A DNA stretch of 64,000 bases from Paraspadella gotoi (GCA_051294375.1 CM119264.1:27045879-27109878), one strand, 5' to 3'; shown: positions 16,010-31,967, counted from the stretch's first letter. The notes: generated from the sequence alone by a model not told the origin. Numbers and translations: made by a program.

Positions 16010-17540
16010 TCGATGTAATTGCACCGTCGGGCACATCAGGGCACCGAGGCGCACCGTCCGGCACGAGACACGATGGGACTGTCGTCGAACAACGCGGCAT
16101 TTCACCTCACGCCACCACTCCGCGACCACTCCGCGTTTCACGCTAGACTCGTCTACACAGCGACACGATTCTCGTCACACCAGCGACACCTTTGGTCAAC
16201 GGCTTGACATCGTCCATCCGCCAGCGGCGACGGAGACTTTGGCGCCGGTCGCGATGCGCGCGCCACCGAAAGAGCGCCGCCTCCGATGGGTCGTCCTTCG
16301 TCTAACGTTCCGTCGTCGGTTACGCAGGTCAGCGCAACGACGCCGCTTCAATCGCATAAAGCGCACATCACTCCATCAATCTGGCACCGCCACATGATTA
16401 TCACGTCAACACGCGACTGGCACAATCCACTCTCCCACCCTCGGAGCCTTCAACGATGGACTTGGTGTCCCTGACTCGAGGAAGACCCAAAGTGCACCCA
16501 CCCTTTACTTACCCTCCAGGGGTCCAGTTCATCGAGGGTTCTCTCCCCCTGCGGGCCGTTATTGCCCCAGACGGGTCACTGCCCCAGGGCCGCTCTCAAG
16601 GGAAAGATTCCCACAGCTGGGAATCCCGTCGTCGCTTTTAATTTTCCACAAGCGACAGGAGGGGCGGTGATCACTACCCCTACCCTGGGCGAAACATCGC
16701 CCGAGATCGAGGGCCGATTTCCCTCCCTAGGGTTAGCCAACGTCGCCCTTCCGGGTCGAAATTGCCCGCACCCTTTGCGTGCCGGATTGACTCTAAGCCA
16801 GAGAGTGCCTTACCTCGCCAACCCTCTTCACCACGCCCACAGCCTTACTTCGTTTTGGCCCGACGAGAAGTGAGGTTTCCCTCCGCATCTCATTGCTCAG
16901 TTTACATGAGCGCCGCATCTCGTCGGTGGTCCCCATACGCAACCATGTGCACCTCCGCCACCACACGTGCCTCAAATCCCAATGCGCTATTTCCCAGCAG
17001 GTGTCCACTCTGACCTCGCCTGACCCTTTTCGTCCCTCATCCATCTCCATACATTGAGCGCACAGGCGGCCTCTCTTTCCTTCTAGCGCCATCTCAGCAT
17101 CTTCCTCCGCCGGCGTTACCAATTCTCACGCCGCTCCGGACGGCGCTCCCTTAACGTTCCGCTAATCCGAGTCTTTCTTCCCTTTCCGCCAACGCCTCCT
17201 TTTTGCGTTACGCCTCTTCTCTTCTCCGCCGCGCCTTCTCTCGATTCCATCTCGAACATTCCCCGCATCCTCTCCGACGACGCGGTCGCCTTCCATGGAC
17301 TTCGCGCCACCTTCCTCGCCGACTTCCGTTCCCGTCTCCTCGACGACGCCGTCGCTGACATCTTTTCCTCAAACGGCCGCCGCCATCGGCTCAGCTCTAC
17401 TTCGGAGGATTTGAAATCGATGAGCGCGGGAAAGGACAAGAAGAAGCGGAAGTCGCACCTCGACGCAGGAAGAGAGACGAGGACGAGAATGCCAAGTTTC
17501 TAGAGTTGAATCGAAATGCGCAGAAGTTAAGTTACCTTTT
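16010..17540 (+). pseudogene. Frameshifted copy of the Ser/Pro-rich ORF block (probably sequencing indels)
   Basis: Collinear and near-identical with 55240-56828; differences are mostly 1-nt indels. Confidence 0.4.
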
Positions 17541-19276
17541 TATTAAAAAAAATGGCCGCTGCGGAAAGTCTGGTAAGGGACGGAGGTGATCGAGGCGAGT
17601 AGAAAGGCGGTAAGGTTAGGGACGATTCTTTCCTCGGATGTTAATTTCTAATGGAGAAGCTTTTTTAAAAAAAAACCGAATGAAAACAATTTAATTGCCT
17701 AAAAAGCTTTTATCGAAAAAATCGGGTTTAACGATAACGACGGTAGGCGACGACGGTTGACGGTGCTTCGACGACAGACGACGAGACGACGACGACGACG
17801 ACGACGCGACCGACGAACGAGACGACGACACGACGACGACGACGACGAGATCGACGACGACGACAGCCTCAACGATGCTGGCTCAGAGACAGCGATCGCA
17901 TAAGCTGGAATAAAAAAAACGATCGCGTCGGCGGAATTCTTTTTCTTATTTATTATTATTTCGCATTGAATTTCGATCGTCAAAACGAAAACAAATCTTG
18001 TTGCCTTTTTCTTTTTCCGCTTTTCGTCTTCCAATCTTATTAAATTCTGACTTTCCAATCTTTCTGATCGCATCAGCTTCGGTCTGGACTCTTCGTCTCA
18101 AACAAGTTAACAAGCGATTTCAAGTTAATTTTCTCTGAATCGGCCAATTGCTTGGCACAGTCGCGAGATAAGCCGAGGATTGGTTACCAAGCCCGTAATT
18201 TTTTATTTCTTTTTGACCAATTTACATTGCGTTTTCTGTTTCACCAAGCAACCGGGCTTGAATCATCCGGCACACAGAATCTTGAGAAAAGGCCTGGCAG
18301 CCGGCCTTCCTGAATGTCGAAAGCTCAAAATACCAAATGTTCACAAAGGAGATTTTTTTTTTTCTTGACGAAGAAAAATTACTCATCATTTGTTGCGAAA
18401 ATGAGAGTAGAAATTGCATGGAGAGAGAGAGAGTAGAGAGAGAGAGAGAAGAGAGAGAGAGCGAGAATGCTAGAGGAAAGGGAGAGAGAGAGGAGAGCGA
18501 GAGGAGAGAGAGAGCGAGTCGGCAAATAGTGGAGGGAAAATGAAAATTTGTCCGAGCAAATAACTCCCGGTTTTTCTTGACGAGAGAAAAATCTTAAAAG
18601 GAAAACTACAGGGTCAGCACAAGTCTCCGGTTCAATAGATGGATCCTGTTATTTCATTTTGAAACCTCGTCCGCACTTCCTACATAACGACCTTGTAAGA
18701 TGTTCCTCAGAAACGGCTCTCTCGCTACAATAGAATCCATTTCAGAAACTTGGGGGGCCGATGCACGAAAAGGCAGGGACCGACCGTCGGGGGGCTGGAA
18801 ACTTAAACGTAAAGAATTTCGGATGTTTTTTTCAAGCGGACGGGTGGCGGTTTTCTGATGGCGAGATGATAAGAACGAGAATTGATGTTAAGTATTCTTT
18901 CTTTCACCTTAATATTAATAAGGGAAACAGAAAAGTTATTACTTCGTAATATTGCGTTTCATAGTTGCCGAGAAAAAATATAATTCCTTCTGACCGAATA
19001 GAGGTTTGAAATTTTTTTTCACTATATTTCTTTTACGTTCAATATAATATAATCTAATATAATTTCTTTGCGTTAAATGAAATGATGTTAGAGTGTTCAA
19101 AGAATGTCGTTCAGTTATTCTGATGGACATGATGCAAGGAATTTCGACTTCGGAGTTCTTTCAGTCTAACAAAATTTTAGCGCGCTGGAGTTTTTTTTTT
19201 TGTGTGGAACTGAGATGAATCTTTAAAAAAAATCCAAAGCAAAGAGGGGGAAAAAACTATTTTTGGAAATTAAAAA

Positions 19277-19687
19277 TGGTCCATCTCTCGAAACCCATCT
19301 TAACTGTCGTAGTATGACAAACATCCGGGGTTGCCGGATGCCCATGGATGGATCCGTGAGGCTTGGCGGGATCCGTTACTGTTGGCTTGGGAGGCTTTGG
19401 TTTCCGTAACCTCAGTGACGCCTCCCAGTCACTGGCGCGGTTAACCCTAGGACAGTTTCGCTTTGCGCAACGCAAGAATGGAAGTCGTTAGGACTGTGGA
19501 TGGAACACAGCCTGGGATGGTGTGTTCATGTGAAAATGGTAATTGGCTTGAACGATGTGGACGTGAGGCGGAGTTGAATATACGCCAAAAAAAAAAAAAA
19601 AAAAAACAGTTAGCATTCTTTTCATCCCCTTGAACAGCCACGGAACGGTGTTCGAGGACTGGAACCGGGCTTAAGCAGGATGGGTCA
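19277..19687 (+). ncRNA. Degraded or error-rich copy of the structured RNA candidate
   Basis: Homologous to 58437-58799, with extra indels and an A-run at ~19587-19606. Confidence 0.3.
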
Positions 19688-21102
19688 GGATTTAACCACT
19701 TTATGGTAAAAAAGCAGAGACTTTACTTCATTCAATCTTTAACAAGGAGCTAAAAATTGTCTTCATATTTTTTTTTCTAAATCAATTTGCATTAAAATAT
19801 TTCTCGAATTAACGCGAGCCGGAAGCAGGGCCTTATCCCCTCTTGTCCCAGTATCAATTTATAATAATATCAACATCAATTTTCATAACAAAAGGAACAA
19901 AATACACTCAATCAAATTCAATAAATTCGGATTTAGGCAAAAAAATGAAAAAAAGTTGGTTGAGCGCTCGCGAGCCGAAGGCGAATTTCGGTTGGTTTCG
20001 GTTTTTTTTGAGTGGAACACCTCTAATCCCTGACACAACGAGGCGCGATCGACAGATAGCAAAGTTCGCAGACGAGTTTGGAAGGAAAAAATTATCATTT
20101 TTCGGCGAAAAAGGCGAGAAGCGAGCCCGCCTATCGAGAGAACGAGCACAACAACGACAACGACACAACGACGACGAGAATGAGTTAAAGATTATCTGAC
20201 GCGATTCCCGTGGACGAAAAAAAAGAAAAAAGAACAACTAATCAGGACTGTTGCAAATTCCAGTGTTGGTAGCTGTGTTGCGAGCGAGCGCGATTATCCG
20301 CATTCCTAGGAGAGGCCTTGCAGGCCGAATCGAGAAACTAAAAAAGAAAATAAAAAACAAAAACAAATCGAGATTTTAAAAAAAAAACAACCAAAAAAAT
20401 AAAAATAGAAAAAACAGTTGTCACGACTTAAAAAAAAAATAAACTACCCAAATCACCATCAGCGAAGACGACCGTACGTTTTGTAAGAGACAAAACGTCG
20501 TCAAAAAAAACAAAAACAAAAAACAGCCCAATCGCGTCCGATTTTAAGAAAGACGAAAAGCCTATCAAACATTGAAAACCAAAACACCGCCATGGGAAAT
20601 CAAAGAGCGGGCGCGGCGTCCCGTAAGTATTTTTTTTAATTTAATGTATGCCCTTGAGACGAAGAGCGTATTTATATATCAAACTTGTTTAACATATAGA
20701 TATAAGTATAAGTAAATGATTAAATCAATAGCTATTTCGTAGTAGGCCTCTTCGTCGTAGCGCTTTCTCCTCAATTCTTTCAAACAGCAAATTAGTAATT
20801 AATCGAACATCCCGATCTTTTCGCAAAAACCCCTGATTCCATCGACCACGCCCATTCAAAACTCCCCCTGTCCTATTAAATAACCCCCCACCCATTTTCC
20901 AAATAAAAAACAAAAGACAATTTTCATCGAAAATTCCTCGATTTTTCTCGAGATTTCGATTCGACAGAAAATCTGTCGCTCAAATCTGATTCCCTTCGGT
21001 CGATGGATCGAGTCTCCCTTTCTTCGATCCCCAGCGGCCCGCCACACCGCGCCCCAGAGAGATGTAGGTTTTCAAGAGTCACTTTACAAAAGGGGAGAGA
21101 GA

Positions 21103-21140
<38 letters not shown>

Positions 21141-21176
21141 AGAAGAGAAGAGAGAGAGAGAGAAGAGAGAGAGAGT

Positions 21177-21220
<44 letters not shown>

Positions 21221-22370
21221 GTTTGCAACGAGAAGTCGAAGTTAAAATTCTAATTAATTTACTATTTTTGCGATTGGACTGGTTTTCCTGTTGAACAAAT
21301 AACCTTCTCTCATTCTCCCAATTTAAAAAACTGATCACAACTCAAGAGAGAACAACCTCGACGCCAGGCAACAGCAACACAGACGTGTTCACTCTTCAGT
21401 GTTCACATCACTCACTCGAGTTAGTTCACGCTTGTTGTAAACATAATTTCTCATCGACGGGTTGGGGAACGAAATATACAACTGAAAATAAAGTGAAGAA
21501 TATAACGAAAAAATTTTTTTTAAAACTCGCACCAAAATCAGGCGGAACTGGCAGAATTGTCGAGTAAGAAAAAAGTAAAAGTAGGGTAGAACAAAGGAAT
21601 AAAAAAGGAAGGAAAGATAACGTTAGATCATTGGAAGTAGAGAAATCATTTATTGGGCCAATGTTGAGGGCCTGGATACGATATACCATCCATCACTACG
21701 AGAAAAGGAAAAGTGAAGAGACAGAAAGAAAAGTAACGATTTAATTAAATATAAGAACAATAAAAGGAAAAAGACTATTCGCCGGTTAAAGAAAAAATGC
21801 CAAAGAAATTTTAGAGAAAAAAAAAATAAAGGATGAAACCTTTTGACTTTACACCTCCCTGGAGCTCTCGAACAAAAAAGAGAAGAGAAAAGAAAAAAAA
21901 AAAAAAAGAAAGAAAGAAAAAAAAGAAAAGAAAAGAAATAGAGAGGTTTGACTTTGATGGATGAAGCGGAAAAAGAAATCAGAGTCAAACAGACGATAGG
22001 AAGGTTTGCTCGGAAAGACAATTTGAAATCATCTTGTCATTATTTTTGAGAAATTTATCTACAATTAAGTCAGTATCTTTATTAAAGTCGTCATTAGAAT
22101 GTCATAATCTCTATTGATTCTTAACGTCAATTGCCAGTTGAGATAATATTCAAATTATTTTTTTTAATGAAATAATTTCCTTCTTTGAATTCTGGTTATT
22201 ATTTTCCTACGCTTATTTTATTTATTTTTTTTTTTTTTTTGCGTTTGAACTCAAATGGTAATTTTTGGAATTCGAAAAAAGAATCTTTCAAAAATCCCAA
22301 ATTTTAATATTTTTAACAATGACAATATAGTTTATTAGAGGGGAAACATTAAATCTCTCTCTCTCTCCTT

Positions 22371-22426
<56 letters not shown>

Positions 22427-24007
22427 CATCTCCCACTTGTAAAGCCTTGACCGCAACGTTACGATTCAAATCTTGAGTGACTGATAGATACAGAGTCAGA
22501 TATTGTTTAAAATCTGAAAGTAAAATTTACGGTAGAATCACGAGTGAGAAAGTCGATGCAATTCTCTTCACAGATTGTAATCCCAAAAATTCTTCTTAAC
22601 TTCGTAGCAATCGAAATTAGATCTCGGTTAGATTTGAGGGTCGCATTAAGATTAGCATGTTTGTAAAAAACGAGAGTGGAACACGCTGAACACAATAAAC
22701 ATGAATTCAAACTCGTAATGATAAGTCATGAATCGAGATGTTTTAAACGGAATCCTTAACAAAACATAATATTTATAAACTTAAAATTATCAATCGTAAG
22801 CGCCATTTAACTCGAAGAGTCTCATCTCTCATAGTCATAATCGTTCCATGACGACGCGGCATTTTGTGTTTTTTTTTTATGTTTTTTTGTTTGATCTCGT
22901 TAGAGGGACGACAAAAAAAAAAAATAAAAGACGAACGCGCGGAGGCACAAACGCGATTATGAATACGAATGACGGCTGAGTTCAGTCACGTGACCATAGA
23001 AGAGAATCGAAATGATTCACCGACAGTTTTTTTTTTCTTTCACTTTCACCGTTTCACCAATTTGTGATAGTGCTTCCACTCGAGCTTCATCCACCACGGG
23101 AAAGTTCTCCTTGACCCTTCCACACCCCCACCCTCCCTCCACAGTCGTTACGAGCCCCACAGGGTCTTTTTCCCTCTCACATCGTGGTTTTCACGTCGCG
23201 TACTCAATTAGGCGCCAAATTTATTACCACAAACCACCGCTTTTTTTTTTTTTTTTTTTTTTCTTTCGCAGCAAAAATTTTTTTTGGTTTTCCCATTGTG
23301 CAAGATTTCAAGCTGAAGGAAAGACGCGTGCGACATATGTGCGTTGCGTCTTGTTCGGACAGAGGAAAGAGAACAGATTTTATGTACGAGGAAAGAGAAG
23401 GAGGACAAACTCTTGGAGGACATAGGATTCTCGAGTGATCGTTACGAATTGTAATGAAAATATATGATGTCTTAAATTATTTTTAACTTTTAAAAAAAGA
23501 GAAAATTTAATCTTCGACGCGAGCGATTAACCTCGACGCAAAGAAAAAGTCGGTAAATATTTTCGCTGTCGTAGAAATTAATCAGGAAAATAATTTAAAA
23601 TTTAAATTTGCCATTTTTTTTAAAGAAAAAAAAACATTCCTTCACGCTTCTTGCATAAAAAAGAAAGCGAGAGCTAATTTTTTTTTTTTATAAACATTAA
23701 AAGATACAATTTTTAAAAAGGGATAATTGAGATTTATGGTAGTCCGTGGGGTGTACAAAGTGGGTTTGGTGGTTTAGGGAGCTCGAACCACCGCGGGGGC
23801 GTTCGAGGGGGACTTCTGAGTGGTGAGACCAGATATAAAGGTTAAATACTCGTGTTTAGCTTCGATGATGTGTTCTCGAAAAATAAAAGGACGGCGGTCT
23901 GACAAACCCATTCAACCAAAACATTCGTTATCAAAAAGAAAAAAAAAAGAAATAAAGTCTGGAACTCATTTTCTTTCTTTCTTTCTTCTTTCTTTCTTTT
24001 TCTTTCT

Positions 24008-24039
<32 letters not shown>

Positions 24040-25219
24040 TTTCTTTCTTTCTTTTACTATTTATCTTTTAAAACGATTACGTTTCCGGGTTTTTTTTTCT
24101 TGTACTAAAATCGGTAACGAATTTTAAAAGGCGGAGAGTTTTGAGGAAAAGTTTATTTCTGTTTTTTTTTTTTTTTTTTTAAATTTACTACAGGTTAAAG
24201 AGTAAAAAAGTTGTTTATTTACGATTGCTGCCATTTTCCCGCCAAGAAAATTGGCGACGGGATGGCGCCGAATTTCGCCGGTCGTAAGTCTGTCGACAAC
24301 AACCATTAAAAGTCGTTAACAAGTGACAACTTGTTTTATGTTCAACATTGCTTTCATTTTTTGTTTTTTAGAAACTGTATCAAACGCCCTTTAGTTTGGA
24401 ATATATATAAACGGTTGAAACGTAACAAATTCTACTAACTTAGAGTATTTTTTTTGAAAAACTTTAAAATCGGCTTTATTTTTTAAATTTCAAAATATTT
24501 TAAAGTTATTTATAAATATTGGTTCTGAAATAATCCAGTATTAGAATTACTAACGACAAAAGCGAAAAATATTGTAACAAGTTTTTTTATTTCTTCAGCT
24601 ACTTTTCATTTCCTTAACCACCCCTTATTTCTTCTCCCCTCTCCTTACCTCAGCCCCCCCCTCAAGAGATTCATAAATCAGCTGCTCGCGAAGTAAATCT
24701 TTCAAAAATGTTCAAAAATCGGGCTTCGCTGATTTAAGACGAGATTTAGATTTGGGCTTTTAACTCGTGATAATTCTTCCCCACTTATCAAGGCGGGCCC
24801 GATGCCGGAGTGGCGGTGTGGGGTGCTGAGGAGGCCGCGGGGGGTGGAGGGGGTGTGAGCATTGGGGAAAGGGGGTTAACTAGAGGCTTCCCCGCCGGAA
24901 CCGAGAAATTTGACGATGAAAAATCGAAACTGGAAAATTGCCAAATCTGGTTATTTCATTTTCGGATGGAATCATGAGCCCAAAATAGGATCCCCTCCAT
25001 TTATTTCGAGGGAGTGAAGAAAGACGGGGGGCTTCAAAAGGCTATAGGGTTATTTCGCTCTCAGTTTAAAAAAAGGAGCGTAAATTTTGACAGAAACAAA
25101 TGAAATTTGAAGTTTTTTGACGAAAAGTGACTCGTTAAGGAAAAAAGTCCATCGTCGTATTTCCATCGGAGAAAAACAAATGAGAAAGAGAGAGAGAGAG
25201 AGAGAGAGATGATGAGAAG

Positions 25220-25258
<39 letters not shown>

Positions 25259-25456
25259 TGTGTGTCGATCGGGTTTAACGAAATCCCAGATGAGCGAAAG
25301 TCTAGAAAATCAGTCTCCAAACGAAAATCCCTCCTCGCAAAAATATTTACTCGACGATCCTTTCTAGGTTTTTTTTTTAGAAAGAGAGAGAGAGAGAGAG
25401 AGAGAAGAGAGAGAGAGGAGAGAGAAGAGAAGAGAGAAGGAGAGAGAGAGAGAATG

Positions 25457-25489
<33 letters not shown>

Positions 25490-26902
25490 AGAGAAAGAGA
25501 GAAATAGATAGAGACAGATATAAGGTAAGAGAGAAAGACAAGAAACGGAATCTTTTAACAAGGAGCTAAAAATTGTCTTCATAATTTTTTTTTCTAAATC
25601 AATTTGCATTAAATATTTCTCGAATTAACGCGAGCCGAAGCAGGGCCTTATCCCCTCTTGTCCCAGTATCAATTTATAATAATATCAACATCAATTTTCA
25701 TAACAAAAGGAACAAAATACACTCAATCAAATTCAATAAATTCGGATTTAGGAAAAAAATGAAAAAAAGTTGGTTGAGCGCTCGCGAGCGAAAGGCGAAT
25801 TTCGGTTGGTTTCGGTTTTTTTTTTTGTTTTTTTTTTTGTTTACAAAAAAATCAGCTTTCTCAAATTTGATAAGATCTAATTTTTTTTTTTTTGGGGGGG
25901 GGGGTCGGGGAGACGCAAACTGGGTTNNNNNNNNNNNNNNNNNNNNNNNNNTTTTTTTCTTTTTCTTTTTTTTTTTCAATCACCCTAAGGCCTATATCTT
26001 CTTGTTCAAATATTTGTTATGTTTTTATCGTTTCATTACTCTTCTAAATTTTGAATATGCTTATAACTCGATCAAATAGAAGGAATAAATGGAAGTAAAT
26101 AGGAATTTTAAGGTGGATTATTTATACTTTTGCAAGTTTTTTTTCGGTACTTTTTTTAATGTTAAAAATTTCATGTCACAGTTCCTTTCCGTTAACTGTC
26201 TGAAAAAAAAAATTGGGTGCAAAGAATAACAAAATTTTAAACTTCAAAAAATACTAATTTTAATCTTGTTTTTTTGAATTTGAAAGAAAAAAAAAGGTTT
26301 TGTGTCATTACAACTGTATGAACTATGAACTGTGAGGGAGTGAGGCTCCAAAGCGAAAGAGTATTTAAAATTTGTTTCCTAAATTCCTGATAATTTTGGG
26401 CTTTGAGACCTTGCACCTTCCCCCTGCAATTAGCTCCACCCATCACTTTTTGGATTTCTTACCGTCTCGTTGATAAGCTTTTTATTTTATAATTATAATA
26501 ACGTGAGCTCCTCTCTCGACCTTCTCAATCCGCCAAAGATCTTTATATGTTTTCTCTCCTTTCTCTTTCTCTTTCTATTTCTATTTCTCTTTCTCTCCTT
26601 CTATTTCTTTTTTTATTCCTCTTTCTGCCAAAATCATCTCACTTCAGATATGTATATTCTTCTCTCCCTACCACCTTGATCTCCACCCCATCTACACTCC
26701 GTCTACACCCCAATCTCCAACCCCCTTCTACACCCCACCATCTCCAACCACCATCTACACCCCCCAGGTCGAAAGGCTCCACCTTTTATCTCCTCCTTTT
26801 CACTTCGTTTTCCTTCTCCTATTTATTTTTTTTCTTTCACCCTTTTTGCTTCTTTTTTTTTCTCAAGATCGTAACTTCTTACAACTTACTCGTTGGAAGC
26901 TT

Positions 26903-26958
<56 letters not shown>

Positions 26959-27183
26959 TTTAAATTTAAGGACGGCAAATAGGGCCTCCGTTTATTTTAG
27001 ACTCGTTTCCATTTTGCTGGTTAAGTTCCGTCTTTGTGTCGGCAGATTTTTTCTCAGTTTTGATTTTTTTTTCTTTTATCAACCGACTTAATATAATTTC
27101 CTTATGTGTAAAATAAAAATACTATAGCCGCANNNNNNNNNNNNNNNNNNNNNNNNNGCCGCATAGCGGCCTAGCCGACCTCT

Positions 27184-27240
<57 letters not shown>

Positions 27241-29033
27241 TTCATTCGACTCGTCCCAAGAATATAAAACCTTTTTCTTCTTCACTGAAAAATCAATCAG
27301 TTTTTTTTTCTTTCGATTCACAGTCTGGTTTTCACCGTCTCGCTTTTTTGATTCACGGATTCAAAGCAAAATATATTTTTTTTTTATTTATTTTATTTAT
27401 TTATTTTTATAAATTTATTAAATTTACTAAATATATGAAATCTTTTTAACAGTATAAATTAAATAGTAATAATAAAACTTCTTTCTTCAGTTTCTTGAAT
27501 AAACAAGGCGTCTTGGATGCGTTACAAAATAAATGATTACACGGACCTCCGACGGGCGAGAGAGAACTTCTCACCATATGGTTTCGCGGTTTATATGTGT
27601 ATGAATTATTTCTTTTCTTCTTTCTTTCTTTTCTTTCTTTCTTTCCTTTCTTTCTTTCTCTCTCTCTATCTTCCAAATCGAAAATGAGATTATTTCAATT
27701 TCTTCTTCTTTTTTTCTCCTCTCGTCGAGAGAGAACGATTGACGGACAAATTTCTTTTTTTATTTTTTTCTTTTTATTTTCATATCACATTTTTTCCCCC
27801 TTTTTTTCTTTTTTTTAACTTTTCAACTTCCCCCCCCCGTTCCCATTTTTTTTAGTCTCTCCAATTCTCTTATCCACGAAAAAAAAGCTTTTTTCATTTC
27901 TCGAATTTTTGACATCGTCCTTAAAAATCGATTTTGATTTCGAAGAACTCCGCTACGGTTTCTGTTTTTTCTCTCATTTATTTTTCTTTTTCTTTTTACT
28001 TTTTTTTTCTTTTAATTTTTCGCTCCGTTTTTCACTTTTCTTCTCGCGTCTTAACGGATTTTTATTGTTTCTTGGCCCATCTCCGGGTTAACTGGTCCCA
28101 CCCGTCCCGATCACCTGATCCCCTGTCCTCTAGTCCCCGGTCCTCCTGGTCCCCTGTCCCGAAACGCGGCGTCGTTGATGATGGATATCTTTTTTTCGCA
28201 CGACCCAATTCTGAATCCGGAGGCGAGGTTCGGCTGGGGGAAGAACTCGAAAAAAAAATGTTGGTTGGTTGTAACGTAAATTTCTTCAATTTTAATTTTA
28301 TTTTTTATTTTTTATTTTTTTGCCTTTTTTAATTTCTTTTCTTTTCTTTTCTTTTCTTTCTTTTCTTTTCTTTTTTTTTTCTTTTTTCTTTTCTTTTTTT
28401 TCTTTTACACGTGTCCCTGTCTATTATATAACCTTTCCTTTATTAAATTCAAACTCCTTTCTCTCACCTAATTGAATTTTACATATTCTTTTTTTTTCAA
28501 TTTTTTGTCCAAACCTTTTGTCTCGGTTTTAAACATTAAAAAAAAAAAACTAAAATAAGTCGATTATAAGTCGTGTTAAATTTTTTCAAAATTTTTCTTC
28601 GTTTGCTCGCCGCTCTATAATATATATATACTAAAAATTATAAGTTTTATAGAAAAGTTTTAAATGAATTCAACAACGATTCATTTGAAAATCTCAACCA
28701 CAACGAAACGAAAGGATTATAATATCAAATTATAAGTTATAATTTTTATTAACCAGATTTTTTTCCCAAATCTCATTTGCATATTACAGTTCCGTCGTGA
28801 ATCACGCATAATTAAAGTAGAAGGTATCGATTGGAATCGAATAAAAACGAAATACATGTAAGGGAAGAAAAAAATACTGTGTTTCAAGTATTCATGTGTT
28901 TTAGCTTCTTTTTTTTTATTTCTTTTTTTTTTTTTTTTTTTGGCTTTGTGCACGATATACATCGATACGGCAAAAATTGGAGCAACCTTCGCGTGACGCT
29001 TACATTGTTACGTTTTTCGCAATTGTTTTTACA

Positions 29034-29085
<52 letters not shown>

Positions 29086-29369
29086 ACGACGATCTAAACC
29101 CAGCCACTCGTAACCGCCGGTCGAGCGGCAATTCCCGACATTTCGGCCTCTCGTTAGTCTAGTGACGTTTGCTTTCTTTTTTCGTTTTTCGTTTCGCTTT
29201 CAATTTTTTTGTTTCGTTTTTTTTTTCACTCTCACGATTTTTTTATCTTAATTTTTGGCGCTCAAAACTCAACACTCGATCACCAGCGACCATCTCTGGT
29301 TTTGGATGAGTATAAATCGAACACGAAAAAAAACAAAAAGACGCGAATTTTTTATAAATAAATCGATGT

Positions 29370-30950
29370 AATTGCACCGTCGGGCACATCAGGGCACCGA
29401 GGCGCACCGTCGGCACGAGACACGATCGGACTGTCGTCGAACAACGCGGCATTTCACCTCACGCACCACTCCGCGACCACTCCGCGTTTCACGCTAGACT
29501 CGTCTAACACAGCGACACGATCTTCGTCACACCAGCGACACCTTTGGTCACGGCTTGACATCGTCATCCGCCAGCGGCGACGGAGACTTTGGCGCCGGTC
29601 GCGATGCGGCGCCACCGAAAGAGCGCCGCCTTCCGATGGTCGTCCTTCGTCTAACGCGTCGTCGGTTACGCAGCAGCGCAACGACGCCGCTTCCATCGCA
29701 TAAAAGGCAGCAATCACGCCATCATCTGGCCACCGCCACATATTTATCACGTCAACACGCGACTGGGCACAATCCACTCCCAACCCTCGAGCCTTCAACG
29801 ATGGACATGGTGTCCCTGACTCGAGGAAGACCCAAAGTGGCACCCACCCTTTAACTTACCCTCCAGGGGTCCAGTTCATCGAGGTTCTCTCCCCCTCGGG
29901 GCCGTTATTGCCCAGACGGGTCCACTGCCCCAGGCCGCTCTCAAGGCGAACAGATTCCCACAGCTGGGAATCCCCGTCGTCGCTTTTAATTCCTACAATG
30001 CGACAGAGGGGCGTGATCACTACCCCTACCCTGGGCGAAACATCGCCCGAGATCGAGGGCCGATTTCCCCTCCCTAGGGTTAGCCACGTCGCCCTTCCGG
30101 GTCGAAATTGCCCGCACCCTTTGCGGGCCGGATTGACTCTAAGCCCAGAGAGTGCCTTACCCGGCCAACCCTCTTCAACCACGCCCACAGCCTTACCCTC
30201 GTTTTGGGCCCCGACGAGAAGTGAGGTTTCCCTCCGCATCTCATTGCTCAGTTTACATGAGCGCCGCCATCTCGTCGGTGGTCCCCAACGCAACCATGTG
30301 CACCTCCGCCACCCACGTGCCTCAATATCCATATGCGCATTTCCCAGCAGGTGTCCACCTGACCTCGCCTGACCCTTTCGTTCCTCATCCATCTCCATAC
30401 ATGACAGCGACAGGGGCCATCTCTTTCCTCTAGCGCCATCTCAGCATCTTCCTCCGCCGGCGTTTACCAATTCTCACGCCGCTCCGACGGCGCTCCCTTT
30501 TACGTTCCGCTAATCCGAGTCTTTCTTCCCTTTCCGCCACGCCTCCTTTTTGCGTTACGCCCTCTTCTCTCTCCGCCGCGCCTTCTCTCGATTCCATCCT
30601 CGAACATTCCCCGACGATCCTCTCCGACGACGGGTCGCCTTCCATGGACTTCGCGCCACTTCCCTCGCGACTTCCGGTTCCCTCGTCTCCTCGACGACGC
30701 CGTCGCTGACATCTTTTCCTCAAACGGCGCCGCCATCGGCTCAGCTCTACTTCGGAGGATTTGAAATCGATGACGCCGGGAAAGGACAAGAAGAAGCGGA
30801 AGTCGCCCTCGACGCGGAAGAGAGACGAGGAGAGAATGGCCAAGTTTCTAGAGTTGAAATCGAAATGCGCAGAAGTAAGTTACCCTTTTAAAAAAAAAAA
30901 TGGCCGCTGCGGAAGTCGGGTAAGGGACGGGTGAGTCGAGGCAGAGTAGA
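29370..30950 (+). pseudogene. Frameshifted copy of the Ser/Pro-rich ORF block
   Basis: Collinear and near-identical with 55240-56828. Confidence 0.4.
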
Positions 30951-31022
30951 AATGGGGGTAAGGTTAGACGATTCTTTTTTCTCGGATGTTAATTTTCTAA
31001 TGGAGAAGCGTTTTTTAAAAAA

Positions 31023-31280
31023 AACAAGTTTGAGCAAACATTGTCGGGATCTGCCTACGATAATTAATTAATTGAATTAATTAATCGATTAATTTAATTA
31101 ATTAATTTAATTAATTTTAAATATGTAATAATTTAATTTTAAATTTATATTCAACTTATCATCATCGATGTCCTTAAAAATTGGCGTTAGCGACAGTTTT
31201 ATTAAATATGTTTTGTTTACATTTTATCAAAACAACAAATATCCTCTATTTTAATTTTATGTCTCCTTTCTCTCTTCTCT

Positions 31281-31321
<41 letters not shown>

Positions 31322-31935
31322 CTTCTCTTCTCTCTCTCTCTCTCTCTCTTTTTTCTGCCAATTGCGACGATCTCTTATGCTTTTTCAGATTTTTTTTTAA
31401 CTATGCACATTTTTTCACATTATAATTTAAATTAATTCATTAATTAATTAAAAACATATTAAAATCATTAATATAAAGACGATTCAATAAATGTGACTTA
31501 TGTTTTTTTCCATCTAAAAACTCATTTCCCCTGGCACAATTCCGTCAATACTTTATATATTATTATATATTAATAAATATAAAAGCTTCAGTTGCTAACA
31601 ACCCAATGAACTAATTTCAAAAATTATATTGAAAAAATCGATTTAGTAGTAAAAGAAAAAAAAAATTTAAAGAGAACTAGAAGTTTATAAAAAGTGGTTC
31701 AATTTTGGCCCGCCTACTAGATATTTAGGCCTTTTAACTAGATATATTGCATGTGATTTATAAACAATGTTATCGGAATAATAATTATCAATAATGTATT
31801 TTGTAAGTATTTAAGTATTTTATTCAGTGAGTAAAATTAACAACTTTTTTTATTCGCTATAATTTATCTCGGACTCTCTCTCCCCTCGTTCCTCTCCCCT
31901 TTTTCCCTCTCCCCTCTTTCATTCCTTCTTCTCCT

Positions 31936-31967
<32 letters not shown>
